64,000 bases of DNA from Entomortierella parvispora E1425 (lineage: Eukaryota; Fungi; Mortierellomycota). The translations under genes and the position numbers were made by a program. The notes beneath the pieces were generated by a model, which worked only from the letters and a program-made list of their open reading frames with translations, was not told the DNA's origin and did not search any database. Of the stretch, positions 63,457 through 64,000 are shown in pieces. The DNA is taken from NCBI GenBank assembly GCA_020891255.1, contig BQFW01000010.1, positions 558,001 to 622,000 of the forward strand, given 5' to 3'. Within the stretch, counting starts at the first letter, position 1. Every line of letters starts with the position of its first letter.

Positions 63457-63977
63457 TCAAGTGGTCTTCTTGCCCTTGGCTTTGCTCTCTTTTGGTACAA
63501 CGACGTCAAAATCCCTCATCATGAGATTGAAGAACGTTCCAAAGAACATGGCAATAACCGTGCACGTCAGCGTGATCACATTGTAGGGCATACTAAAGTC
63601 GGGTGTCGGCAGACTGACAAGCAGTGTCTCAGTGTAGACACGGATCTTGTCCAAGCCCTCGTCTTCTGATCCTCTAGTGCTGTTGAACCGGCTTTGAACC
63701 TGGCTAGCCTCCCGCTCCTGGTATATTCTCAAATGATCGAGACCTCCGTATCCAATCTGTCCTTGTTGACGAGGCAGCTCTGCCGTGATCACAGCACATC
63801 CTACATCGAATCCTCTGTTGGCATCGGGTGGATATTCCGTGTACTTCAAAAAGACCTTGTCAAACGAGATTGAGAATTTCACTAGAGATTTGGCAGGGAG
63901 TCTTAATGCCATTTCCAGAACCGCGGGCCTGCCTCGATCCACTGCTGGCTGATAAAACATCTTGGAGACCAAATCTA
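63457..63977 (-). CDS. GPI16: GPI transamidase subunit Gpi16/PIG-T, last exon (gene continues beyond window)
   Basis: YTEYPPDANRGFDV and LLVSLPTPDFSMPYNVITLTCTVIAMFFG, plus a C-terminal KKxx-like tail. Confidence 0.92.
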
Positions 63978-64000
63978 TCATAAGCGATAATATAAGAGTT

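Overview
Eukaryotic, intron-rich fungal DNA. The gene content (Crinkler effector, 'ALxIPE'-type F-box/LRR genes, expanded FAD monooxygenases, poly-T introns) suggests Mortierellaceae (Mortierellomycota); this is an inference. Conserved housekeeping genes flank the window. Left: a rhodanese-domain protein, ARB1, ATG101, TSC1/hamartin and a DUF2461 gene. Right: ATP5/OSCP, an IEC1-like C2H2 protein, BUB3 and GPI16. Between about 18.8 and 56 kb lies an accessory-like block. It contains a frameshifted F-box/LRR pseudogene, a Crinkler gene (ubiquitin-like N-terminus + P-loop NTPase + REase-like C-terminus), and a young Tc1 DD34E transposon with ~257-bp TIRs and a TA target duplication, whose transposase is split by a +1 frame change at CCC-TAA. 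It also holds an F-box/ankyrin gene and a tandem array of class A flavoprotein monooxygenases (6 apparently intact, 1 pseudogene, 2 remnants, all full-length copies with an 11-nt microexon). The array is interrupted by a minisatellite-rich segment, an RNI-like LRR gene and a secreted aspartic protease. A duplicated E-box-containing promoter segment brackets a small Cys-rich secreted-protein candidate between ATP5 and IEC1. Exon boundaries were deduced by eye; no database searches were run. No rRNA, tRNA or CRISPR features were seen.
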